From Lama guanicoe (Eukaryota): 64,000 nt of DNA. Numbering within the stretch: the first letter of the stretch is position 1; every line of letters begins with the position of its first letter. The DNA is taken from assembly GCA_013239625.1 (NCBI GenBank), contig MU054323.1, positions 14,245,950-14,309,949 of the forward strand, written 5' to 3'. The position numbers and the translations under genes were made by a program. The notes beneath the pieces are model-generated. The model saw nothing but the letters and a program-made list of their open reading frames with translations. It made no database searches and was not told where the DNA came from. Of the stretch, positions 12,391-24,680 are shown one piece after another.

Positions 12391-13752
12391 TTTTTTTTCT
12401 TTTCTTTTTTGCTATACAGAAGAAATTTATTTTTTTATTTATCTTTATATATAGTGGCTAACATTTGCAAATCTCAAACTCCCAAATTTATACCCTCCAA
12501 CCCCCTTTCCCTGGTAACCATAAGATTGTTTACTATGTCTGTGAGTCTGTTTCTTTTGTAGATGAGTTCATTAGTGTCTTCTTTTTTATTTTCTTTTTTC
12601 TTTTTTTAGATTCCACATATGAGTGATAATATGGTGATTTTTCTTTCTCTTTCTGACTTTACTTAGAATAACAATCTCTGGGTCCATCCATGTTGCTGGA
12701 AATGGCATTATTTTCTTCTTCTTTTTTTTTTTCACTGAGTAGTAATCCATTGTATAAATATACCACAACTTCTTTATCCAGTCATCTGTTGATGAACATT
12801 TAGTTTGCGTCCATGTCTTGGCTATTGTCTATAGTACTGCTATGAACATTAGTGTGCATGTATCTTTTCGAATTTGAGTTCCTTCCAGATATATGCCCAG
12901 GAATGGGATTGCTGGATCATATAGTAAGTCTGTTTTTAGTTTTTTGAGGAATCTCCATACTGTTTTCCATAATGACTGCACCAAACTACATTTCCACCAA
13001 CAGTGCAGGAGGGTTCCCTTTTCTCCACACCCTCTCCAGCATTTATGGACTTTTGAATGATGGCCATTCTGACTGGTGTGAGGTGATACCTCATTGTAGT
13101 TTTGATTTGCATTTCTCTGATAATTAGGGATATTGAACATTTTTTCATATGTCTATTGGCCATTTGTATGTCTTCATTGGAGAATTGCTTGTTTAGGTCT
13201 TTTGTCTAGTTTTTGGATTGGGTTGTATTTTTTGTTGTTAAGTTATGTGAGCTGTTTATATATTCTGGAAATAAAGCCTTTGTCAGTCACATCATTTGCA
13301 AATATTTTTTCCCATTCTGTAGGCTGTCGTTTTGTTTTGCTTATGGTTTCCTTTGCTGTGCAAAAGCTTGTAAGTTTAAATTTATTTGTTTATTTTTGCT
13401 TTTAATTTTATTGCCTGGGTAGACTGCCCTAGGAGAACATTGCTAAGATTTCTGTCAGAGAATGTTTTGCCTATGTTTTCTTCTAGGAGCTTTATAGTGT
13501 TTTGTCTTGTATTTAAGTCTTTAAGCCATTTTGAGGGGTTTTTTTGTGTATGGTGTGAGGGAATGTTCTAACTTGATTTATGTACATGCTGCTGTCCAGT
13601 TTTCCCAATACCACTTGCTGAAGAGTCTAGTCTTTTCTCTGCTATATAGTCTTGCCTCCTTTGTTGAAGATTAATTTCCCATAGGTCTGTGGGCTTATTT
13701 CTGGGCTCTCTATTTTGTTCCATTGATCCATACACCTGTTTTTGTGCCAGTA
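12391..13752 (-). mobile_element. LINE-1, 5'-truncated, ORF2 C-terminus disrupted, 3'UTR cut short
   Basis: ORF fragments [51 protein letters not shown]; poly(T) tract at about 12390-12410. Confidence 0.95.
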
Positions 13753-14050
13753 ATTTTTTCATCTTGAATGTGGTAGTGGTTACACAAAGTTACACCTATG
13801 ATAAAATCCTATAAAACTTTACATAACTATACATACCAACAAATAAGTGCTAGTAAAAGTTGGTGAAATTTGAATAAGCTCTGTTCATTATACCAATGTT
13901 GATTTCCTGGTTTTGATAGTGAACCACAGTAATGTACAATGTTACTGCTGGGGGAGGCTGAGTAAACAGGGCAGAAGAACTCTCTGTACATTTTTGCAGC
14001 TTTCTCGGAGTCTATAACTGTTTCATAATAAAAAAGTTAAGAAAATATAT
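13753..14050 (+). mobile_element. Old L1M (L1MD-like) 3' end; its first ~35 bp lie at about 12355-12390
   Basis: 'atcttgaatgtggtagtggttacac...tggtgaaatttgaataagctctg...tttcctggttttgata...aataaaaaagtt'; continuous with 'ggtaatggaacagtt' left of the younger L1. Confidence 0.75.
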
Positions 14051-14239
14051 ACAAGGCAAGAGAGTCTGGAAACAGATTTACATATGGTAATAATTTGAAA
14101 TTATTCAGCAAGTGCCCCTTTATACAAGGCTTGGAAAGAAAAGGAGAAGGAAGGAAGGGATATAAGAAGTAAGGAAGGAAGGAAAGAGGAAGAAAAGAAT
14201 GAAAGCACACAAGAAAGGGAAGAAAGAAGACAACATATA

Positions 14240-15292
14240 AATTCTAAAGACACAGAAAAAATATATGTGAATAAAATGAAAAACAACTGGTTACTTCAAA
14301 AGAGACAGGGAATAAGAGCAAAACAGTATTGACCAGTAAAGTAAAAGGAAGAACAAAATAAATAGTGTTAAATCAAAATATATCATAAATCAAAATAACT
14401 ATGTACACACATAAAACATGTGAGGTGAAGGCTGATACCAGAATGAATATAAAAATATTGATATAAGCCATTGATAAGACTCATACCTAAAATATAAGAA
14501 CCTAAAAATACTGAAAGTTAAATTATGGAAAAATTATTTAAAGCAAATTAACCAAAAGAAATGTGATTGATCCATATTAATATAGATTTTACAGTAACTG
14601 CATAAAAATTATTATTTTAGTTCAGCAGATAAGTTAAAATTCTAAATTTTATGTATCTAAGTTGCTTTAACATATGTAAAGCAAATTGGACAAAAATCAC
14701 AAGAAGAAATTTACAAATTCCCTATCAGGGGAAGATATTAGCATACTTTTTGGTAAGTGATAAGTCAAGTAAATGAAAATGAGAGATTAAAAGGAATATT
14801 TGATCAATTTAATGAATACATCTTGTTTAATGGACACATATCAAACCTATATCCAGTAGTTAAAAGATACTCATTTTAAAAATACACACATGGAACATTT
14901 GAGAAAACTTATGATATATTAGACTATAGATTTTAAACAGTTGATGTCATTAGACCAATTGGTTGTCAGATGAATACATATAATATGATACCATGTACGT
15001 AAAGTATAAAATATGAAAAGCAATTATATTTTTAAATAAAAGTACACAGTTAAGTAATAAGTACATACAGAAATGCAAGGAACTAGTAAGAACCAAAATC
15101 AATATAATGAAAATGTCTGGGTGTAGGGAGGTGGGAAGGCTAAGGGTATAAGAAGGGAAGATTGGGTACTCAGGAGTCTCCAAAAGCATTTGTAATGTTT
15201 TACTTATAAAATTAAATAATGACACCTAAGTATTTACTTTAGTATATTTATTCCTTCTGGTATATCTGCAGTATTTCACAATGAATTTTAAA
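14240..15292 (+). mobile_element. Highly diverged L1M (ORF2 5' remnants plus 3' end)
   Basis: A-rich strand; 'aaagatactcattttaaaatacacacatggaacatttgagaaaa' resembles the endonuclease TFFS-HGTF region. Confidence 0.55.
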
Positions 15293-15522
15293 ACAACTAC
15301 ACACATAAGGCTTTTACTCTCTGATTCACCACTGATCCGCTGCTCCCCACTCTGACACTGTGTTTGAATGAGCAAAATTAGACTGTTGCTTTTCCTTATA
15401 GTAGTACTAAAGAGAGAATAAAATACTTAATTTTAAAGAATTAGTTTAGTTTTTAATAGTAACCCCAGTCACTTATTGTAGATTCTAACATCCTGTAGAT
15501 ATTTGAATTTATAGACACTATT
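15290..15522 (+). mobile_element. MER102-like DNA transposon, 3' part
   Basis: 'cctgtagatatttgaatttatagacacta' resembles the MER102 terminus CCTGTAGGCATTTGAGTTTGCGACCCCTG. Confidence 0.5.
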
Positions 15523-16499
15523 CAGTAGTAGTACAGAGGAGATGTTGTAAAGATATTATTATTCTTATCATCATCATCATCATCATCATTATTAAACACC
15601 AGATGATCTTTTCATCTCAATCTTAGAAAGTTATCTCATAGTTACACAAGATCAATATAAAAATATCAGAGTGAGTGAAGAGATTTCTAAAACAAAAGAT
15701 CAGACATGCAGTCTAATGGTTTTAAACTGCTTTGAACCCCTTTGTAATGTGAGTCGAAGTGCTGCTTCTCAAGAAATTATAGTTATTTTTGCTTATAATT
15801 AACATTGCTTTCTTATTAATTGTTATGCTTCAAATTTATTCTCTCTGGCCTGGCAAATTAGAACTACTGTTGAATAAATTAAGGGAATACTAAAAGAATC
15901 CATGTTCAAAGCAAGCAGAAACTTTGGCAGACAGATATTATTGTACTCATTATAGAGTGTATTCATTATGGAGGGGCTTTATGTCTTATGTGACATGAGA
16001 GAATAAGTTTTGATCATCAGATAGCTTTTTCAGCCTGAGAATTATGTGCATTGGCTAGCTACTTGAGCAAACATTTGGGGAGCAGTTACTATCAAATCAA
16101 ACACTAAGATGTGATCCATATATCTATGGATTTGACTCTTCAGTGCAGTGAGAAGTGCATATGAATATTTACTTAGGTAGGAGTTACCAGTGTCACAACT
16201 TATATGTATTGTTGACAAAATGGTGAGTGGATTTCAGGTAGAAAATGGGAAAATATATTACTTGTACATTTTGGTCGTGCCAACATTTACCTATTGCAGC
16301 TTTGGAAATGGATCTTGTGAAGGCAGTGTGTTGGCTGTGCTACAGTTCAAGGTGGCTAAGTATGTACATGTATCCCACTTCTCTCCTCAAATTTCATGAA
16401 ATGATCTTGAAACAACACATAAAACATTGAACAGCCTAAACTGATTTTGCCTCTTAAATAGGCTGTCTATTAGTCAAACCTTGAGTAATTTTATAGAGA

Positions 16500-16874
16500 C
16501 GGCACTGTCTATGTGCAAGACAGGAACCCATGCTTTCAGGATGACCCCAGAACCAAGAATTTTCAGTCTATGGAACTCAAAGAATAAAAGATGTTGCTAC
16601 TGGAGCCTTTTACAAAACAAGAAGTCCTTCAATAAGGAAATCTTCCAGCAGCACGGATAGCTTATATAGACTGATTTAAGACTAGCCAGTCAGCTTCCAA
16701 GTTTGAAATTCCCCTAACCTCTTAAATTTTGACCCAAACCCTGGATCAGGGAAACAGATTTGAAGCCCTGTCTCCTGTCTCCTTGCTGATTGACCTCACA
16801 ATAAAGCTCTTTCTTTTCCCAAAACCTAGTGCTTCTCTGTGCATTAGGCAGTGAGCCCTTGCTTGTTAGCAACA
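16500..16874 (+). mobile_element. ERV LTR (3' part clear, 5' boundary uncertain)
   Basis: 'gacctcacaataaagctctttcttttccc...gcagtgagcccttgcttgttagcaaca': polyA signal, U5-like segment, CA end. Confidence 0.6.
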
Positions 16875-19039
16875 GTGCAGTTGTATAAAAGGAAATGAAT
16901 TTATAATTGCTCTTATAATGAGAGGGTTTCATCAGTGGATTAGAGACTTTGAAACATTTATGAGAAGTCTGACTTTTATAAATGATAGTAGAGGAATCTA
17001 GTAGCATTCTAGAAATATAGGAGGAGACTGCAGCAGAAAGAGGAAGCACATATTCCAGCAGAGCCCTTGGGAACCTTCAAGCTGAGAGAACAGGAGTTGT
17101 CTACAAACCAGAATTGTCTGTTTATGCTTTTATTCGTAGTATTAAAGGCAAAAGACCCTATCCTCCACAGAACACATTTAGCAAGACTAACCCCAAGATG
17201 AAGACTGGAGATCTGCTTTCTAAAGAAACTGAACAGTCACTGTGGGTCATAAGAGAAAGGTCACCAAAGACACATAGAGTGATGGTCTAGTAGTGTAAGG
17301 TGTTTTCTGGTACTGAACTGTCACCCTATCAGAAGATAATACCCAATTGCAAAGACACTTTGCATTCATTTTGAAGGGACCAAAGAAAAAAAAGTATTAC
17401 CAGATTACTTTGGGGTTGATCCAGTTTGTGTGGTGGAAATACAGAGGTTTACTTGGGATTGAGGGGATGAATAAAGGAGTAGATCAAGTAATTAATATGG
17501 CATCTAGCACCAAGATGTAAGTAAAGATGAAGAAGTGTGTTATAAAGGCCAAGGAAAATGGAGGAACTGAGGTCCTTTGTGTTTCTTTAAGGATTAAAGG
17601 ATCAGTAAGTAAGATACAGGGGAGAATGCTAAAGGTGGAGGGTCATTAGAATAACAACCATGTCCTTTCCTATTTGCATGTAATGTGCCTTCCGGCCATC
17701 CTTGGCTGACTTGAACATTCTGATAACCTAAAGCCCTTCTTGACATTATTGAACCCATTATTGAAGTTTGATGTGATGCAATTACGTAACAGGTGGAATG
17801 CCATTTACCATGGCTAGGATTTGGTGGGAAGCAATGACATGGGGGTCCAGGAGACTTAATGTAGAAGTCTGAAAAATGTTGTATCATCTATTCCTCTAAT
17901 CATTGTACATTGATTTTAATTCAAAACTTGAGGGAATGTAAAAATTAGCTTTTAACAGGTATTCCATATACCAGTATAAAGCACTGCATCACCTGTATTA
18001 GGGTTATTTTATATTACCCTTCTCTTTTCTTTCATTGGTACAATTATCAAAAAGACAGAAATAATCCCAAACACACAATTTGCTCAGTTAGGGAAATGAT
18101 CTACAAATGCTCTAGTTTGATGTCTATAATCAATAGGCTTCAGTTATATAGACATTTATTTTGTAGTTTCCCTTTAATCAGTAGGATAAAATTCTGGTGC
18201 AGTGCTAGATTTCAAATAATACAAACAGATCAAACTCTTAATGGTCTATAACAGATGGACTTAATCATCATGAGAATGTCTGTTTCTTCTCTAATATTCT
18301 CCTGAAAAAAAAGCACTCATATCCTTTACAGAAATAAACTGGATGATGTCCTCTGTGCACTTTCTATTTTCCTAAAGGTTCAAAAAAATTATTTGAATAC
18401 AAAATTTTAGCTTCGAATTTTTATTCCGATTATTCTGAACATTCTAATTCCCAGGTATTCCTTAAATCTCTTTATTCTATATGACTAAAGGCTTTCTCTC
18501 TTTTCTTCTCTTCCTCCTCCTTCTCTTACTCCTTCTTCTGTCTCTTCTTATCTCCCCGACTTTCCTCTCCTTGCCTCTATCTCTATTTCTATTTCTATCA
18601 TCTCTCTCTTTGATTTTCTCTTAACATTGTTGGGAAAGGCACTTTTAGTCTGCTTTAGTTTTACTTCAAGAATCTGGAGATCTACCTTTATGATTGGATA
18701 TTAAACATTAATTTCTAGCTTAATATGATATTGGCTTTATCTCTTTATATATTCATACATTGCTGTTGGGTATTCTGACAGATTAATGTGAAGACCTAGC
18801 ATCAGCCTGAGGTTGATAAAGCTTGGAAGTGAACTGTGGATGAAAATGTTCTAGACCGTGTATGTCTTCCTTGGACCCAGAAGAATTGTTATGTGTTTCT
18901 TCATACAGTATTGCATTCAGTATTACATATTATGATATATTGGTGTTCAGCTGTACTCACTCTGTGATAGCATCAGAGAACAGAAAGATTGTGGAATATA
19001 AACTATGTTAACTTTTTTCTGGACCATATGAACAACTCA

Positions 19040-19109
19040 TTTTTTTGTTAATATTTTTTAATTGAAGTATAGTTAATTTACTATATTGTGTTAGTTTCAT
19101 GTTTCACCT
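19040..19109 (-). mobile_element. Very short L1 3'-end insertion
   Basis: 'ttttttaattgaagtatagttaatttactatattgtgttagtttc' with 8-bp direct repeat acaactca at 19032-19039 and 19110-19117. Confidence 0.7.
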
Positions 19110-19827
19110 ACAACTCAACCCCAAAATAATTGCTACTTACGTTAGTAAGGATTTATTTGGACCACTTTATTAATTAACAGTTTGTGTTGTATCAAGTGGG
19201 TTTAACTCCTTGAATAGATTCCCAATGGGCCATTAGGCTATTCAGTTCTAGTTAGTTTTATACTCGGTTGTGAGAAGAAAATGCAATAGAAAGATTTCCT
19301 GAAGGGAAGAGTCTTGTTTGGAACTCAGTGTTAAAACAATAAAAAGGAAAAAGTGATCCACATTGCTAACTGTGGAAGGTGTGAGTGGTGTTCCCTGAGG
19401 ATCTAGATCCTTCATGGATCAGTTCTTGTTGCTCTCTGTTGTCTGACAAAACTGGTTCACACAGAGCAGAGATGAAACTGATTGATCTGCTTATTATTAC
19501 ACCACTTGTAGAAAATCAGGATCTGAGTAAGTGCTTCTGGAGGTGGTGATTATGAATAAAGAGAAAATTGCTGTATCTCCCTTGTATGCCTTTGCACAAG
19601 TTGTTACTTTTGCTTTTTAAATATAACCCTCCCTACTTTATCTCCTGATTACCATGTCAAACTTTTCAGGCTAAACCCAAATTTCTCCCCACCCATTTTC
19701 TATAGGAATGACTTTATCCTTCTCTACAATGGGCTTGAGTATTGAGAACCAAAACTGTCTGTCCTACACAATGCTTAGAGACTGAAACTGAAACTGCCTC
19801 CTCATCCACCCAACTTACTGTCTCCAT

Positions 19828-20010
19828 TAAGGATTGGCAAACTTTTTATCTGAAGGGCTAGATAGTATATATTGTAGGATTTGCAGGCAACATCAGATCT
19901 CTGCTGCATATTCTTTTTTCCTTTCTTATAACCCTTTAAAGCTGTAAAGAATTTTCTCAGCTTTGCCAACAGGACTGGATTTGGCACCAGGCACAGTTTG
20001 GCAATCGCTG
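19828..20010 (+). mobile_element. hAT-Charlie MITE (MER58-like)
   Basis: Terminal inverted repeat-like ends 'taaggattggcaaact'/'agtttggcaatcgctg'; 8-bp TSD gtctccat/gtctacat. Confidence 0.85.
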
Positions 20011-21271
20011 GTCTACATTAATGTAAGTTTTCTATTCCATTATCTTCATTAGCATTACTTTACTGTTCCAGGAAGGAACTTTCCAGAAGAACTAATGATT
20101 TTTCAATGAAAAGCATCAAAAGACAATTTTTGCCTTAATATTCTGTGAAACCCTTGACTTAAAATTCCTTACCTTGCTTTTTATACCTACCTACACTGTT
20201 AAATTATGAGCCCTGTCAGATTCTAATCAAACTCTCATCCCCTCTTCTCCCCTCATTCCCATTGAAAGTCCTCCTTTAAACCAAACTTTCAATTCTCCCT
20301 AAATTCTAATCTTGTCTTTCCCACTTTTAGACAGAATCAAAGTGGAGGATGTATTTGCTCTCACCTGCACTAAACTCGGCTTTGTCTTATCCATAGGTAG
20401 TTTTGGTGAATTTAGTTTTGGTATATATTTAGGGATCCAGTATCTAATATTCAATGGAATGGTTTTGATTCTATTATGGTATCTTTCGTAGTTTGCTTTT
20501 TATCATAGTTATTTAAGTATGTGGCTGACTCTCTACTAGACTTTAAAATTTAGGCTATCAGGAATCATATATTGATTATATTTTATTATAGATTTTACAC
20601 ATAATAAGTGATTAATAAGTATCTTTTGCTAAGTGGCAATTTACTCAATGAATCTTTACTGAACCACATTTATTCAATTCAACCCTTTATGTTTCTCACG
20701 TAGGTTTGCTGTGTGAAAGCATCTTTCCCTTCTGTTCATGTGCAGCACAAAATGAAAAGGGAAGATGTTCCAAGAGCCGTAATTAAGCCTTTTTAAAATG
20801 TCCCCAGGAATAATCAATGCCACTTCTCCACAGAATATTTTCTTGGAAGTAGCAGCATTTTGTGTCTGGATTTCTTTGTATCTTCAGCTATTTCCATGAC
20901 TGTGTATCAGGGCATCCCCACAGTGCAGATTCAATCAAGGGAACACTGTGTTTCTTCAGTTTGACAAAATACAGAGCAACAAAAGAAACAGAACATGTCT
21001 CACTAAAAAGTAACAAAGTCTTCCTGATGTGTGCTGGCAGGGACAGGGCAGGCCAGGCTGTTCCAGTACCTGGGTTACTGCCTAATTACCCAGGTGTGGG
21101 CTTCCCCAGCACCCAGAGATGGCTGAGCAAATAATAGGAATTTCCTCAGTGAAATGGAAAAGGCGGCCTTCTTCTTAAGTAGAAAAACGTGTCAGAAACC
21201 AGCATTTGAACTGTTGATCTCCCAGACAGCATCATATGGGTGTGCTGTTAATATGTCTCTCAATAGTCTCT

Positions 21272-21621
21272 CTTTCTTATTGAGGTATAGTTGATATACA
21301 ATATTATGTAAGTTTTATGTGTACAATACAGTGATTCACTATTTTTAAGGGTTATACTCCATTTATTGTTATTATAAAGTATTGGCTATATTCCCTGTGC
21401 TGTACAGTATTTCCTTGTACCTCATTTATTTTATACATATAATAATTTGTACCTCTTAATCCTCAACCCCTATTGGGCCCCTCCCCCTTCCCTCCTCACT
21501 GGTAACCACTAATTTGTTCTCTGTATATATGAGTGTGTTTCTTTTTGTTATATCACAGGTTTATTTTACTTTTTAGATTCCACATATAAGTGATAACACA
21601 ACATTTGCTTTCTCTGTCTGA
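21272..21621 (-). mobile_element. LINE-1 3' UTR fragment
   Basis: 'attgaggtatagttgatatacaatatt...ctggtaaccact...tttagattccacatataagtgata'. Confidence 0.9.
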
Positions 21622-22082
21622 GAACTTTTGGTCTCTTGGAAAACATGATATGATTGTTCAATATTCTCTTAATTTTTTTCTTAAGTTATAAGCAGGTAAC
21701 CATGCTAAGTAAGTTACTGAGTCTGAAGATAAAATGCACATGACCAGAGAAAAGGTTGGAAGTTAAATAGGGCAAAAAAAATAAAGATATACTAATACAT
21801 ATGAAATCAATATGCATACTTATTAGGGTATGCTAATTAATAAGGCATAAATAGTATGTCATTCACATGAAGCAAAAATAGTCTTTACTTATCCATAGCA
21901 CCATTTCTGGAACTACCTAAGGGAAAGTTGTTACTGGAAAGTAAGAAAGAGTATGTTTCAGAGGCCCTTCTAGCTTGAGGAGGAATAACTGTATTCTGCT
22001 ATCAAGTCAGATTTTAGAGATGAGTATGGCTCTGTGTTATATCTCACTGGACTGTAACTCATAGCTTTACCCTATAACTCTT

Positions 22083-23337
22083 TTTTTTAACATTTTTTAT
22101 TGATTTATAATCATTTTACAATGTTGTGTCAAATTCCAGTGTTCAGCACAATTTTTCAGTCATTCATGGACATATACACACTCATTGTCACATTTTTTTC
22201 TCTGTGATTTATCATAACATTTTGTGTATATTTCCCTGTGCTATACAGTGTAATCTTGTTTATCTGTTCTACAATTTTGAAATCCCAGTCTATCCCTTCC
22301 CACCCTCTACCCCCCTGGTAACCACAAGTCTGTATTCTCTGTCCATGAGTCTTTAGATTCCACATATGAGCGATCTCATATGGTATTTTTCTTTCTCTTT
22401 CTGGCTTACTTCACTTAGAATGACATTCTCTAGGAGCATCCACGTTGCTGCAAATGGCATTATATTGTCGGTTTTTATGTCTGAGTAGTATTCCATTGTA
22501 TAAATATACCATGTCTTCTTTATCCAGTCACCTATTGATGGACATTTAGGCTGTTTCCATGTTTTGGCTATTGTAAATAGTGCTGCTATGAGCATTGGGG
22601 TGCAGGTGTCATCCTGAAGTAGATTTCCTTCTGGATACAAGCCCAGGAGTGGGATTCCTGGGTCATATGGTAAGTCTATTCCTAGTCTTTTGAGGAATCT
22701 CCACACTGTTTTCCATAGTGGCTGCACCAAACTGCATTCCCACCAGCAGTGTAGGAGGGTTCCCCTTTCTCCACAGCCTCTCCAGCATTTGTCATTTTTG
22801 GATTTTTGAATGACGGCCATTCTGACTGGTGTGAGGTGATACCTCATTGTAGTTTTGATTTGCATTTCTCTGATAATTAGTGATATTGAGCATTTTTTCA
22901 TGTGCTTTTTGATCATTTGTATGTCTTCCTTGGAGAATTGCTTGTTTAGGTCTTCTGCCCATTTTTGGATTGGGTTGTTTATTTTTTTCTTATTGAGTCG
23001 TATGAGCTGCTTATATATTTTGGAGATCAAGCCTTTGTCGGTTTCACTTGCAAAAATTTTCTCCCATTCCGTAGGTTTTCTTCTTGTTTTATTTCTGGTT
23101 TCCTTTGCTCTGCAGAAGCTTGTAAGTTTCATTAGGTCCCATTTGTTTATTCTTGCTTTTATTTCTTCTAGGAGAAAATTTTTGAAATGTATGTCAGATA
23201 ATGTTTTGCCTATGTTTTCCTCTAGGAGGTTTATTGTATGTTGTCTTCTGTTTAAGTCTTTAATCCATTTTGAGTTGATTTTTGTATATGGTGTAAGGGT
23301 GTGTTGTGGCTTCATTGTTTTACATGCTGCTGTCCAG
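22083..23337 (-). mobile_element. Young 5'-truncated LINE-1 with perfect 16-bp TSD
   Basis: TSD TTACCCTATAACTCTT at 22067-22082 and 23338-23353; poly(T) at left end; uninterrupted ORF2 C-terminus. Confidence 0.97.
22353..23315 (-). pseudogene. LINE-1 ORF2p C-terminal 320 aa with CCHC zinc knuckle; EN and RT removed by 5' truncation
   Basis: [72 protein letters not shown], ends ICGI*. Confidence 0.95.
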
Positions 23338-24219
23338 TTACCCTATAACTCTTAAGACACACAGTTTGTCAGTTTCTCCTATGCAATTCTTATGAAGAAG
23401 AAAACAAAACACATACAACTACCTTAGAGAGAACTCTGTTTGATTCCATGGCAAGTGTAGATGACAGGTTACACTTCTGATAAATAAGCCCATCTACTGC
23501 AACTTCTCCAAACTCAGAGTCAAGAGATTTTTGCATTTGATTGCCTGATTCTTCCCATAACCTTTTCCTTACTTGACCTGGCACTTCTAGGTAGGAAAGG
23601 AGGGAGTAAAGATGCTGAAACAAAATGCACTGGACTCAGGTTATGGTTTAGATGGAATCTTTCATGCTCTGCCTACTCACCATCATGTAGGGCTTTGCTC
23701 TGCTAAGAAAATTGCCTCAAAATGAAAGAAAGAAGTTTGTTGAAATAAATATTGGATTCCTAACCAAATTAACTAACCAGCCAGTGTTAGTGACTAACCT
23801 AACATTATTGTCATAGTAGTAACACCTAACAGGACTTAAAAAGGGAGACTGTCTTCCCTGTTTAAGCTATTGTGTGTATCAGTCTTTGCTAGATTACATG
23901 CTTCTTTTTTCCAGAACATCACCCAACTCACCCACTCTACTGTATTTTAAAGGAATCAGTTATATAGATGGCAGTTTTATGCTGTCCATTAATTTCATGA
24001 ACTACATAGGTTTGATCTGAAACCATATTCATAAACATCCTCTATATTTTGAAGTATGAAATTCTGGTGGACCTTTTTTTTTTGCAGTTTTTATAAAGGT
24101 GATGTTTAGGCAACATTACAAGGGTAATCTTTTACCTGATGGAGACATTCTGAAGCAGTTTTTGCATCTGAAATAATGACTTATACCTTGTAGCAAATCA
24201 ATCAATATTGCTACATTTT

Positions 24220-24680
24220 TAAATAATATAGAGAAAAAGCCCAAATTTCCATTGGCAGATGAAAGAATAGATTATGGTATTCTAGTATAATGGAAATTAC
24301 TTAGCAACAAAAAATGAGCTATTAATACATACAACAACATAGATGAATCTCAAAATAATTTTACTGAAAGAAGCCAGAGTATCCCCCAGAAAGAGTACAT
24401 GCTATTTGATTTCATTTTATACCATTCTAAACAAAACAAACAAATCTCTAATTACAGAAAAGCAATCAGGAGTTGACCTGAGCAGGGAATGTGTTGGACA
24501 GAAAGGTAGGGTTAAGAAGAGCCACAGGAAAAATTTGAGCAGTAATGAATATGTCAATATGTTGATTGTGGTAAAAGTTTCTCAGGTGTATATAAAGATC
24601 AAACCTTAACAAATTATACATAATATGTGCTGAACCATTAATTGTGTCAGTCATACCTTAATAAGTATATAAAAATGAAT
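24220..24680 (+). mobile_element. Old L1M (L1MB/MC/ME-type) 3' end
   Basis: 'acaacaacatagatgaatctcaaaataatttt...gagtacatgctatttgatttcattt...ttgattgtggtaaaagtttc'. Confidence 0.8.

Noticed and set aside
16714..17049. 111-aa ORF
   Set aside because: About half lies in an LTR; no homology recognised
17665..17690. Octamer ATTTGCAT as part of a SOX-OCT composite
   Set aside because: The SOX half is mismatched and mis-spaced; single octamers are expected by chance
18490..18620. Pyrimidine/purine-rich tracts (also 14135-14230 and 30600-30700)
   Set aside because: Common low-complexity sequence with no higher-order structure
22855..23355. 166-aa hydrophobic ORF (likewise 13133-13405)
   Set aside because: Antisense frame of L1 ORF2, a well-known artefact
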